Below the pieces are notes generated by a model. That model was given only the letters and a program-made list of their open reading frames with translations, did no database searches and was not told where the DNA came from. 32,000 nucleotides of DNA. Origin: Candidatus Jordarchaeales archaeon. GTDB taxonomy: Archaea; Asgardarchaeota; Jordiarchaeia; Jordiarchaeales; Freyrarchaeaceae. The DNA lies in assembly GCA_038889235.1 (NCBI GenBank), contig JAWAHN010000003.1, positions 203,703 to 235,702 on the forward strand. The letters are read 5' to 3'. Numbering within the stretch: position 1 is the first letter of the stretch; every line of letters starts with the position of its first letter. Below are positions 1 through 8,574 of this stretch, in pieces. A program made the translations under genes and the position numbers.

Positions 1-83
1 TGGGAGATGGTTGGCAGTTGACCCAGCCACTCGCAGAAACCGAGACGTTAGGGTGGCTGTCGAAGCCTGGCTGTCGCCCTGTT

Positions 84-1913
84 TCACAGGGTGCTCATGA
101 ACTTGTCAAGCTGCTGCTCTGTGTCCTCTGACTTTATGAATATTGGCACGTTGGTCATCCCGGTAGCTATGTAGCTTGACAGGAGCCATTCTCCAGGCCT
201 AAACTCAAGCGTTCTTTCAAGGATTTCCCGGTCTATCATGAACGTGTTACTGATAAGCCCTCTATCGTAGGGTCTGGGAAGGGTTCCTATGAAGTACGTG
301 TGGAGCTGTTGTAAAGCTGAAGTGTTGAGGTGGGCTATGCGCTGCGTTACAAGGCAGCCTCCGAGCCCGTACTTCCTCCCCTGCCTCAGGAGTCTTTCAA
401 CCTCTTCCGAGCAGGCCTTCTCTATCCCTCTCGCCTTGTCAGGGGCTGGGGCGAATTCCTGCGCCTCATCCCAGACGAAGAGAATGTAAGGCTTAACGCT
501 GAACTCTCTCTTCCTCCTGGATAAAGCATTCCTGATCGTGTTAATTGTCAGCTGCTTGATCGTCTCAGGGTCTCCTATTGAGAGGCATATGAGTCTGAGG
601 TCACTGTCGAAGAGTTTCTCCACTATGGTTTTCGGGGCTATGCCTCCTGCAACTTCCTCCTCAACCTTCCTCTCCTTTATCTTTGAGTATATTGTTTTGA
701 GCGAGGAGAGCCAGCCGTAAAGGTTGCTCCTCTCGTAGACCCCGTATGTAACCTTGAAGTATTCCACGTGTTCGTCTAAATGCCTCACGTACTCCTCGTC
801 GACCTCGTCCTCCTCCACGAACCCCCTAGAAGTCATGTAGCTATCCGTGAACATCCTTATCTCAGCTATGGCATTCAAGTAGTTCGGCTTGTCGGCGTTT
901 GAGCTCGCTAGGCTTTCCAGGGTTTGCAGGATATCTGCGAAGGTCGGTGTTTCCACGCTGCGCCTCACGAGGTGTGTGACCCGCCCCAACGAAAGTATTT
1001 TTCCAAGCCCCTTGAGGACGCGTGGGTCGTTTTCGTACTTTTTCGGCTTAACTATTGAGAGGTTGAACTCTTGGGGGGAGTCGACTTCACGCTCCAATAC
1101 CACGAGCGACGGGATTGAGGGGTCTGCCAGGAGGTCCATTAGGAGGAACGGGTACTCGCATGAAATGTCGAAGATCACTATCTTGGTGTCCCGCGTGTGT
1201 CGCAGTATCTTCCTTATTAGGGTTGCGAGGAGGTTGCTTTTTCCGCCGCCGGTGAAAGCGAATATCCCGAAGTGATACCTGACAAGCGACTCGAAGTCAA
1301 CATATATTGGAATCTCCTCGCCGGCGGACTCAAACATTTTCAGGCTGCCTATGTGCCCTCCCTCTCCTTGGATCTTGTCGATCACCCCTCGGTTGTACAT
1401 GTTCTTTATCATCTCCCTGTTGAGGATGTAAACCTGTTCGCCTACCACCGGGTATGAGAAACCTCTAACGTACTCCGCTGACTCCCCTGAAACGACTAGG
1501 TCATAGTTTACGGGTATTGCTGAAATGTGTATGGCCATGGTTGCCTTGTCCTTTGTCTCCCAGTCTTGAACCGTTTGCTCTATGACCTCGAACTGCATGG
1601 GGAAGTATTGGTGCTCCTTAACGCCTAGGAGGCCGAAGTGCTCCGGCCAGAAGCGGGAGAGCTCCATGAGCGTGTAGCGCTCCACTCCTCCCCCACTTTT
1701 AAAGTTCTTCACGGCGAGGAGCATTCCGACGTCTAGAAGCCTCAGCAGCTCCCTGTCGTACTCGACGAGCACGGTGCAAGTGTACGGGGCGGAGGTGCCA
1801 AGCCGCTCGTCTGATGCGGCTTTAGTAGGCTCAACCTTGCTTAACCTTGCCCTAAAACGCCCGTCGAAATCCGTGAAAAAGAGGCTTTTCCTGTCGTCCA
1901 GCCTATTCAACAC
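84..1913 (-). CDS. herA: HerA-family DNA translocase/helicase ATPase (HAS barrel + HerA/FtsK P-loop)
   Basis: 609-aa ORF with GTG start (TTG at 1910 also possible) after GGTG. Walker A variant AFTGGGKSN, Walker B VWDEAQEF, HerA signature RQGRKYGLG..TQR. Lies directly downstream of a NurA-family gene. Confidence 0.88.
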   Translation of the reverse strand: MLNRLDDRKSLFFTDFDGRFRARLSKVEPTKAASDERLGTSAPYTCTVLVEYDRELLRLLDVGMLLAVKNFKSGGGVERYTLMELSRFWPEHFGLLGVKEHQYFPMQFEVIEQTVQDWETKDKATMAIHISAIPVNYDLVVSGESAEYVRGFSYPVVGEQVYILNREMIKNMYNRGVIDKIQGEGGHIGSLKMFESAGEEIPIYVDFESLVRYHFGIFAFTGGGKSNLLATLIRKILRHTRDTKIVIFDISCEYPFLLMDLLADPSIPSLVVLEREVDSPQEFNLSIVKPKKYENDPRVLKGLGKILSLGRVTHLVRRSVETPTFADILQTLESLASSNADKPNYLNAIAEIRMFTDSYMTSRGFVEEDEVDEEYVRHLDEHVEYFKVTYGVYERSNLYGWLSSLKTIYSKIKERKVEEEVAGGIAPKTIVEKLFDSDLRLICLSIGDPETIKQLTINTIRNALSRRKREFSVKPYILFVWDEAQEFAPAPDKARGIEKACSEEVERLLRQGRKYGLGGCLVTQRIAHLNTSALQQLHTYFIGTLPRPYDRGLISNTFMIDREILERTLEFRPGEWLLSSYIATGMTNVPIFIKSEDTEQQLDKFMSTL

Positions 1914-2068
1914 TCACACCCAACTAGAACTTGAAAGGAGAGAGATAAAAACTTAAAGTAGATTCTCTTAGGAAACGTGAGCCCACCGCTCGTGTTATGC
2001 GCGTTAAGCTGCACAGGTTTCTCGGGCGCCAAGTGTGATAAACGGCGGTCGTCAACCGCCTAGACACG

Positions 2069-3988
2069 TTATTTCGTCCTCCTAGCCTGCTCAAACTCTG
2101 CCCTCTTCTCCCTGAAAGTGGACATGTAGAACATGAACCTTCTAACATCCTTGTTATTGGCAACCCAGTTTTTCATGGAGTCTATTACGCGCTTGAAGAG
2201 GCCGTAGTGCCACTTGGCCACTTTGTCCGCTATGAAAAGCGGCTTGTTGTGGCCGAAAGCCTCCGGAATGGACATGGTGCTCATTGAGGCTAGTACGCAG
2301 AGGAGCATGTTTTGAATGAGGTTTTCTACGTGTCTATCCCTGTACACTATGACTTCCAGCGGCTCCTCGTACCCGCTGTAAACGTTGACTAGTGGCAGTG
2401 TAGTCTCGCCTTTCAGGTCGAACTCCGGGTAGGCCAGCCTGTCTATTAGGAGGACGTTGCTCCTCAGGAGGGGGTCGTGTTTGCCCTCAGCGAGCTGAAC
2501 GTAGGACCTTAGGAATAGGCGTTCTATGGCTGTCTTGTTCCTCCTGGCTCCGAGGACGAAACCTGCCCCCCTGTTTCTGTCGGGGATTATCGTCGGGAAG
2601 ACTGAGTCGTACTCTATGAGGGACCACGGGGGGCGGACATCCTCCCAGAACGCCACCGAGAAAGATTGGAGGAGCATGCGGTCCGTGTTTGGAAGCGCTG
2701 AGAGGACCTCTTGCGGCGGTACCTCCTTGAACACCCGAACGTTTCCACAAATTGGGATCACGTGGTTCTTGAAGTCTCTGGCGTAAGTGTCCTTGCTTAT
2801 CCCTACCAGGAGCTTCCTGTTCCTCCAGCATTCCTCCATCACCATGTGCTGGGCGAAGAGAGTGAGGAAGGCTAGGTCTAGCGTTGTCAATATGCGCCGC
2901 TCGCCGCCAACGTTAATCCACATTTTGTTCTCGTCCACGGTTCCAGCGTCTTCAATGAAGAGTCGCTCCCCGATAAATTCCACGACCTTCCTAACTCTGC
3001 TCCACGAGTCCCTGTATCTCTCAGCCAGGTGGTACCTACCTTTCTTCTCGACGAGCACGCCCTTCGCGGTGAGAGTTTTAAGGTGGCGTTTAACCCTCTC
3101 CTTCCTCCCCCCCTTAACGCCGAGCATTTCACATATCTGGTTTGGTGTTAGGGGTGTTTCAGAGCGCTCGAGGAGGAATACTATGCTCGACTTCAAGTAG
3201 TCCCCCCTAGGTGGAGGGAGGTTGAGCCCCGTGTTGACGACGCGGTGCCTTGCAAGCATAAGGTCTTCTTCGTCGATCGGGGTTCCGTCGACTTCAAAGC
3301 CGAGTATGGCGCACATCTTCCAGAGCCTTCTCCTAGAAGTGTCATACATGATGGAAGAGTGGGTGTTAGAGAGGGAGCGGTCCATGAGAATTATCTTCGT
3401 GTCGGGGTTCTTGTTGGAGGCAAAGAAGTATGCTAGGTAGAACTCAGCAAAGGTCATAATCCAGTTGGCTATGCGCGAGTTGTTTACGACGTCCTCATCC
3501 GCTAGGGGTCTCGAGAGACCGCCCTCCTCTGTGAAAAACGTTTGGTCGACCTCGACGACCTGGTTCAGGAAGAGGGGGACACAGCTTGAGACACCGCAAC
3601 CTTCGCGCATTATATGGTCATCGTAGCTCACGCTTGGAGGCTTGTCGTCGTGGAATTCCACGGTTCCAGTTGAGGCGTAAGCTCCACCGAAGAAGAGGAC
3701 CATGTCGAAGAAGATCTGGGAGTACTCTGTTCCATCTATTGCGGCGAAGCGAACTTTGTCAGACCCAAAGAAGGCGCATGCAGTTTCACGCGCCCGCGCA
3801 AAATCCAGCTTAGAGCAGATGAGGTTTGAGAGGAGGGCGTAGAGCTCGGATGCCACACTAAGCCTTTCAGAGTACTCCTCGACTTGACTAAGGATACCTG
3901 ACTTCAAAATCCTGCTAACCCTGCCAAGCTGCTCGCTCAGAAAAGACGCACACAATAAAACCACCGCCAGGTGAGGGAGGCACTTCAC
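2069..3988 (-). CDS. nurA: NurA-family nuclease, long form with internal winged-helix insertion
   Basis: NurA-type acidic motifs FAAIDGT and ILMDRSL, plus GISKD and C-terminal PLFIADKVAK. Adjacent to herA. Start uncertain: GTG 3988, or a later TTG such as 3907. Confidence 0.82.
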   Translation of the reverse strand: MKCLPHLAVVLLCASFLSEQLGRVSRILKSGILSQVEEYSERLSVASELYALLSNLICSKLDFARARETACAFFGSDKVRFAAIDGTEYSQIFFDMVLFFGGAYASTGTVEFHDDKPPSVSYDDHIMREGCGVSSCVPLFLNQVVEVDQTFFTEEGGLSRPLADEDVVNNSRIANWIMTFAEFYLAYFFASNKNPDTKIILMDRSLSNTHSSIMYDTSRRRLWKMCAILGFEVDGTPIDEEDLMLARHRVVNTGLNLPPPRGDYLKSSIVFLLERSETPLTPNQICEMLGVKGGRKERVKRHLKTLTAKGVLVEKKGRYHLAERYRDSWSRVRKVVEFIGERLFIEDAGTVDENKMWINVGGERRILTTLDLAFLTLFAQHMVMEECWRNRKLLVGISKDTYARDFKNHVIPICGNVRVFKEVPPQEVLSALPNTDRMLLQSFSVAFWEDVRPPWSLIEYDSVFPTIIPDRNRGAGFVLGARRNKTAIERLFLRSYVQLAEGKHDPLLRSNVLLIDRLAYPEFDLKGETTLPLVNVYSGYEEPLEVIVYRDRHVENLIQNMLLCVLASMSTMSIPEAFGHNKPLFIADKVAKWHYGLFKRVIDSMKNWVANNKDVRRFMFYMSTFREKRAEFEQARRTK

Positions 3989-4403
3989 TTTTAAAAGTAA
4001 GAGGATGATGCAATTTAAAGCCCTCGCACAAAAATCCGATATGCTTCCAGAAAAAAGATTGAAGATACACGCCTTTAATGTTCGGCACGAAGCTTCCAGC
4101 AGAAAAGCGCCCTAGGACACCCACTTGCTTAAATCAACTCCTTTTTTACGCACGCTTGCAACGAGAGGAGGCCTTCACATTCAACAACCACCTAGCAGGA
4201 TCCTCCTTTCGACAGCCCACTACACCGCCTTCTTAAAATTAAGGATGCAGGTGCTCAGCCTAACGCATACAAGAAAGACTTTGCCCCCCTCCAGCGCACG
4301 GAAACCTCTCACTTGGTTTCCCTTCCTCCGGCAAAAGCCGACGATCCCTGAAAGGGTTTCACCCTTTTGAAGTTAGGTGTAAAGCATGGATGAAAAAAGG
4401 AAG

Positions 4404-5234
4404 TTAGTTTATCTGGTAGTGTTCGTGTCTCCAGAAGGAGAGGAGCCTTGAAGTCTGAGCCTTCTTGAGCTTTTCAGGCCTCTTGACCATCACAGTAGCA
4501 TTGTTCGGGCAGTTTAGGGCGCACGCCCCGCAGCCGTAGCACGCCAACTGGTCAACCTCGATTTTTCCGTCCCTTAGACGTCTCGCGTCGAACTGGCAGA
4601 TTTTAATGCACTCCCCGCACCCCTCGCACTTCTCCTTGTCGACGTAGGCAAGGTAGTCTCCGGGGTCGAAGACGTGTACTCCAGCTATCCTCTGGGCTAG
4701 TATCGGTATGCATGAGTGCCTGCAGCAGTTGCATATGACGAAGGAGGTAAATGAACCCCCAGCAATGCAGAAGGCGTAGATCATCGGAACCAGACCCTGC
4801 TTGTTGAAGTTCCTTATGAGCTCCTTAGCCTTTTCCTTGTCAATCAGCTCGTAGTCCTCCTTGAAGAAGCCTTTGTATATTGCGGCGCCTGTCTTTATTG
4901 TGATGTCGCTCTTCATGGAGCAGTCACAAGCCCTTGTTCCAAGCCTACACCTGCAGCTTCCAACAGCAATCAGCAAGTTGCTATCTATACTATCTAAGTA
5001 GCTTGCGAGCTCCTCGCCCGTCATAACCTTTCCATGCTGGCCTAAGCCTAGCATCAACGCCACGTTGAGGTACACTAGGGGGGAAAACAGCAGTCTGCCT
5101 ATCCTGCTCCTGTAGGGTCCACGCAGGATGAAGTAGTTTAACTTCACATAGGGTATCTCGAAGCGAGCGTAGACCATGAGCGCCATTTTCCTTAGAAGGC
5201 TCCTCTCGTCGGGCTTAAAGTGAAATAGACCCAA
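4404..5234 (-). CDS. 4Fe-4S binding protein, CNCC-type with C-terminal 2x[4Fe-4S] ferredoxin domain
   Basis: TTG start 7 nt after GGAGG. Motifs CRCR..CDC, ICNCCRHSC, CEGCGECIKICQF and CYGCGACALNCP. Confidence 0.85.
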   Translation of the reverse strand: MGLFHFKPDERSLLRKMALMVYARFEIPYVKLNYFILRGPYRSRIGRLLFSPLVYLNVALMLGLGQHGKVMTGEELASYLDSIDSNLLIAVGSCRCRLGTRACDCSMKSDITIKTGAAIYKGFFKEDYELIDKEKAKELIRNFNKQGLVPMIYAFCIAGGSFTSFVICNCCRHSCIPILAQRIAGVHVFDPGDYLAYVDKEKCEGCGECIKICQFDARRLRDGKIEVDQLACYGCGACALNCPNNATVMVKRPEKLKKAQTSRLLSFWRHEHYQIN

Positions 5235-5420
5235 AACATCGCCTCCATCTATTCAGAAGACAGGCTTTCAACGAACCTTCTCTCCGTTCGGAACAATTAA
5301 ACCTACAAACGTCAGGATTAAAAGGTTTTCACATTCAACAAGCAACAGGTTCACAGGCTTCGGAGCAGGGTTGACAGCCGCCTTAAGAGAGAAATGAGAG
5401 CGACTGGCTCGCACGATAAT

Positions 5421-5603
5421 TCAAGACGCCTTCCGCATGTTTTGTAACGGGCCCGTAGAAAGAGACATCATTCTGATGGTTCTCCAGATAAACCGCTGGC
5501 AGAACAAGAATAGACAGATGTACGAGAAAGATAGCACTAATGTTAGGATCAACATGACACTATCCTCTTGGAAGTTCTGGTAAAACGAGAGGTATATGAG
5601 CAA
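5421..5603 (-). CDS. Possible small membrane peptide or gene remnant
   Basis: Hydrophobic stretch VMLILTLVLSFSYICLFLFC followed by basic residues. Weak TTG start with no clear RBS. The frame is open upstream to 5660 without a start codon. Confidence 0.25.
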   Translation of the reverse strand: MLIYLSFYQNFQEDSVMLILTLVLSFSYICLFLFCQRFIWRTIRMMSLSTGPLQNMRKAS

Positions 5604-5744
5604 AAGCAGCCAAAACCTTAATAAATGAGGTTTATGCCTTTGGGATAGAGTGATAAATAATTAATCTGTAAGAGATGGCTTGTGGAGTGGTTGAGGGAAG
5701 TTTAGTTATGGGGGGTTGAGTATACGTCTGCTAAAGAGATAGAT

Positions 5745-6047
5745 TTGGAGGCTAGTACTTCAATAATCATGATAGCTTCTAAGTATATTATCGCGAGTGT
5801 TATCACGGTTGCTGTTGGGTCGGTGAGCATTGTTTATGGAGTTCTCACCTACATCGTTTATGGCACTTATGCTTCCAGTGTAGCGATGTTTATGGGGTTC
5901 TTCATTGGCCTGGCGCTGATTCTAATAGGGGTGTTCTTGACGTTTTGGGGCTTATATTGGATGCGAAGCGAAGGGAGAAGGCTGAGAGAGAAACTCGGAA
6001 GGGAACCTCAAAAAGCAAAGGAGGAGAAGAAGGTTGAAGGAAAGTAA
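5745..6047 (+). CDS. Small two-TM membrane protein (paralogue A)
   Basis: Two hydrophobic helices and a charged C-terminal tail. Shares IVYGVLxY and FxGxFIG...WGxxWxR with the next ORF. Start TTG 5745 or ATG 5769. Confidence 0.75.
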   Translation: MEASTSIIMIASKYIIASVITVAVGSVSIVYGVLTYIVYGTYASSVAMFMGFFIGLALILIGVFLTFWGLYWMRSEGRRLREKLGREPQKAKEEKKVEGK

Positions 6048-6444
6048 AGAAGGAGGAAAGAGCACTATTCAGAGAAAGACGAGGCACCCTACACCCAGAT
6101 GGGAGGACATCACGGAGCAAGTCTATAGCAGGATCAACTGGTATGCCACGCGCTTCATAATTTTCTCCGTTGTCGGCATGGTGGTTGGGGTTATAGGCAT
6201 AGTTTATGGAGTATTAGCCTACTATTTTCTCGTGAATCCACTCACGACAATCAACCCTGTCACGGTCGCCATTTATTACGAGATAAATCCCGCAATGCTC
6301 TTCACTCTAAAAACGTCAGGGCTTCAAGAAATCTCAGTGTTTCTAGGCGTTTTCATAGGCATCGGCTCCATAGTTGCCTCCCTTGTATTGCTGGCGTGGG
6401 GAATATTCTGGAGAAGGAAGGTGGACGCGCGCAGCATATTCTAA
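6034..6444 (+). CDS. Small two-TM membrane protein (paralogue B)
   Basis: TTG start 9 nt after GGAGG (6020-6024), overlapping the end of the previous gene by 14 nt. Two TM helices aligning with paralogue A, with a longer loop. Confidence 0.75.
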   Translation: MKESKEGGKSTIQRKTRHPTPRWEDITEQVYSRINWYATRFIIFSVVGMVVGVIGIVYGVLAYYFLVNPLTTINPVTVAIYYEINPAMLFTLKTSGLQEISVFLGVFIGIGSIVASLVLLAWGIFWRRKVDARSIF

Positions 6445-6729
6445 AGATCCAACGCGACCGGCATCTAGTAACTAAGCTTGAGTACTCCTACAGGTAATCT
6501 ATTCTCACGGTGAAGTATACGGAGAGCGAATTGAGCTGATTGCATGCAATGTAGTTGCTGGAATCATGCCTTAGGGAACACTGCGTAGCAGAGACTTCAC
6601 CGTACTGATTTGATGAACGGGAGTTGGTTTCATATAACTAAGTTTTTAAGTGTGTGAGAATTGGGTTTGGAACTGTCGCCGAGTGAGTTTGTTCAAAATT
6701 GATGACTGAAAGATATGAGGAGGGTTAGG

Positions 6730-7018
6730 GTGCCAAGAAGGAAAACAGCTAAGAGAGCTAGGGCAGCGAGAAGGGCGAGGAGACATATTCTTCTTGGAGC
6801 ATTCCTACTGATCGTTCCCCATTCGTTCCAAACATATACTTCGCCTTTACGAGTAGAGGTGACTTCCCTCGCTTAGCGGCAGAATAGACTTCTGGTTGAC
6901 CAGCTCGATTGTTGGGGTCATAGTTCTGATAATAGGAGTCATTGTTCTCGTAGGATACCTCGTATCCGACCGGGATGCTTCACTAGTTCTCGTTGTACTC
7001 GGAGGAGTAATAGGATAA
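6730..7018 (+). pseudogene. Frameshifted small membrane protein gene with Arg-rich N-terminus
   Basis: GTG 6730 follows GAGGAGG. Frame +1 reads MPRRKTAKRARAARRARRHILLGAFLLIVP, frame +3 reads PFVPNIYFAFTSRGDF, frame +2 reads PSLSGRIDFWLTSSIVGVIVLIIGVIVLVGYLV...VIG to TAA 7016-7018. Both junctions lie in C runs. The joined reconstruction is my inference. Confidence 0.5.
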
Positions 7019-7488
7019 TAGGATTAGCTTGAGTATCTTATGACTTTTATCGATGCTACCGGGATTGCCCTTCAGGCCAGCAGCGGCGTTCCCAGATGGG
7101 CTCTTAGCCATATTTGGAGTACTAGTGAGATAGTCTTTCCATTTCTTTTTCTCTTTAAGAGAAATTTCCAACCTTAGTGTTGAAAGCAGACAGCAACTGC
7201 AAGTAAAATTGGCGCCTCTTACAGATTGCACTTCACTGCATAGTTTTCCATGTAGTCTATTAATAAGTATATTATTTTAATAAGATTTATTAGGTTCAAT
7301 TTTTCAGTACTATTACCAAGAAGGGAGCGCCCGCCTTTGAGCGCCCTCAAGTAGCTGGTGGGGGAACAAATGCTAATAATTTTTCCTCGCCAGCTTCAAG
7401 CTTAACAAATGTGAATGAGTCCCTCCTGAGGAGGGCTGCTTTAAGGCGGTTGCTTCCGCCACGAGAAAGAGAGAAAAATGGAGAAGGG

Positions 7489-7893
7489 ATGGCTTTGAAG
7501 GTTGTAGTACAGTCCTGCTGCGGACCAGAGAAAGTGTACGGACTAGTTGCAAGGATGGCTGCACGGCTTCTGGCGGAGCAACTCAGGCCCGACAAAGTGC
7601 TTTTCGTTTGCCTCCCCAGGTTGGCGCATGGAGACGAAGAAACTAAGAAACTGGTTGAGGAAAACCCCTGCATAACCATCGATGGATGTGTAAACAGGTG
7701 CGCTAAAAACATCGTCGAACAGGCTGGAGGAAAACCTATGGTGAGCATAACCGTCGTCGACGTGCTTAAAGAGAACAGACATCTAATGCCTAGGGCTCAG
7801 CAGCTTATGAAGCTAGACGAAAAAGGAGTGAAACTCGCCGAAAAAGTGGCAGAAAGGCTAGCTGTCGAAGTAGACTACTTGCTGGGGGAGTAG
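7489..7893 (+). CDS. DGC-domain putative zinc-binding protein
   Basis: ATG 7489 after GGAGAAGGG (the ORF-track start at 7411 is probably too long). Pattern SCCG...VCLP...IDGCVNRCA. Confidence 0.85.
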   Translation: MALKVVVQSCCGPEKVYGLVARMAARLLAEQLRPDKVLFVCLPRLAHGDEETKKLVEENPCITIDGCVNRCAKNIVEQAGGKPMVSITVVDVLKENRHLMPRAQQLMKLDEKGVKLAEKVAERLAVEVDYLLGE

Positions 7894-7895
7894 CT

Positions 7896-8330
7896 ATGAG
7901 CTGGGAAGCGGTAATAGCTAAAGGTGTAGGAGTCCTCCCCTGTGTCGGGGATATCCCCGAAGGCGAAGTGACCCGGATAGCGGCGAGGATCGCAGCGGAC
8001 GATCTGTGTAAGGGAAAGGCGACTGTCCTCTCGCTTCCATTGATCCTCTGCGGTAACAAAGAGGAGACGGCTTTTATCGAAAGCTCACCCGTAATAGTTG
8101 TCGACGGCTGTGAAAGAAAGTGTGGTCAATGTGCCATTAAGAAACTCGGATACTTGGCTGATGAAACGCTGGTCGTTACGGACATCGCTAAAAGCGAGAA
8201 GATAGAGCATCTAACACCGGAAATGATAGATGAACTTTCATACAAAGTGGCAGTAAGAATAGCCGAGAAGATCAACAAGATTCTAAGGAAGATAGCCGAA
8301 GACAGGAAAATAAGGCCCATGGAGTTGTAA
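7896..8330 (+). CDS. DGC-domain putative zinc-binding protein (second copy)
   Basis: ATG 2 nt after the previous stop, preceded by GGGGAG. Pattern PCVG...LSLP...VDGCERKCGQC. Confidence 0.85.
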   Translation: MSWEAVIAKGVGVLPCVGDIPEGEVTRIAARIAADDLCKGKATVLSLPLILCGNKEETAFIESSPVIVVDGCERKCGQCAIKKLGYLADETLVVTDIAKSEKIEHLTPEMIDELSYKVAVRIAEKINKILRKIAEDRKIRPMEL

Positions 8331-8574
8331 CGCTAACCTAACCCTTCACCAAAGTAATCTAACATTAGTGAAACCCGACTGGCATCCCTTCATCTCACTT
8401 TTTATCGCTTTTAACGTTCCCTAAAACTTGGGACAGCTCGGGTTCCTGCTTCTTCTAGAAAAATTAAAGTAAAATGAAGAAAGATTGTGAAAAAAGTGAT
8501 CTTTACTCGAAAACTTTTTATCTATCTTTTCTGAAGCCTCCTCCCTAGGAGGCTTTCTAGGGGAAGGGAGGCTT

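Noticed and set aside
1-100. Open frames at the window start: + strand GRWLAVDPAT...GCS* (2-100) and a minus-strand GTG at 87 overlapping the herA stop (MKQGDSQAST...)
   Set aside because: Too short and truncated to choose between them. Neither resembles Mre11 or Rad50. Flanking sequence is needed.
4270-4370. Resemblance of the hairpin cluster to an FMN riboswitch (GUGAAA/GUGAGA loops, AAAGUC) or an archaeal SECIS
   Set aside because: FMN core segments such as AGGGCGG and AGCCCGCGA are missing. The stems are fully paired with no GAA/A internal loop, and the upstream gene has no in-frame TGA.
6507-6603. 10-bp inverted repeat ACGGTGAAGT/ACTTCACCGT around the palindrome ATTGCATGCAAT (6539-6550)
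   Set aside because: Short, with no target-site duplication or transposase. Could be chance in 32 kb, so not called a MITE.
6983-7231. 82-aa minus-strand ORF
   Set aside because: No recognisable motif or RBS, and it overlaps the better-supported + strand membrane remnant.
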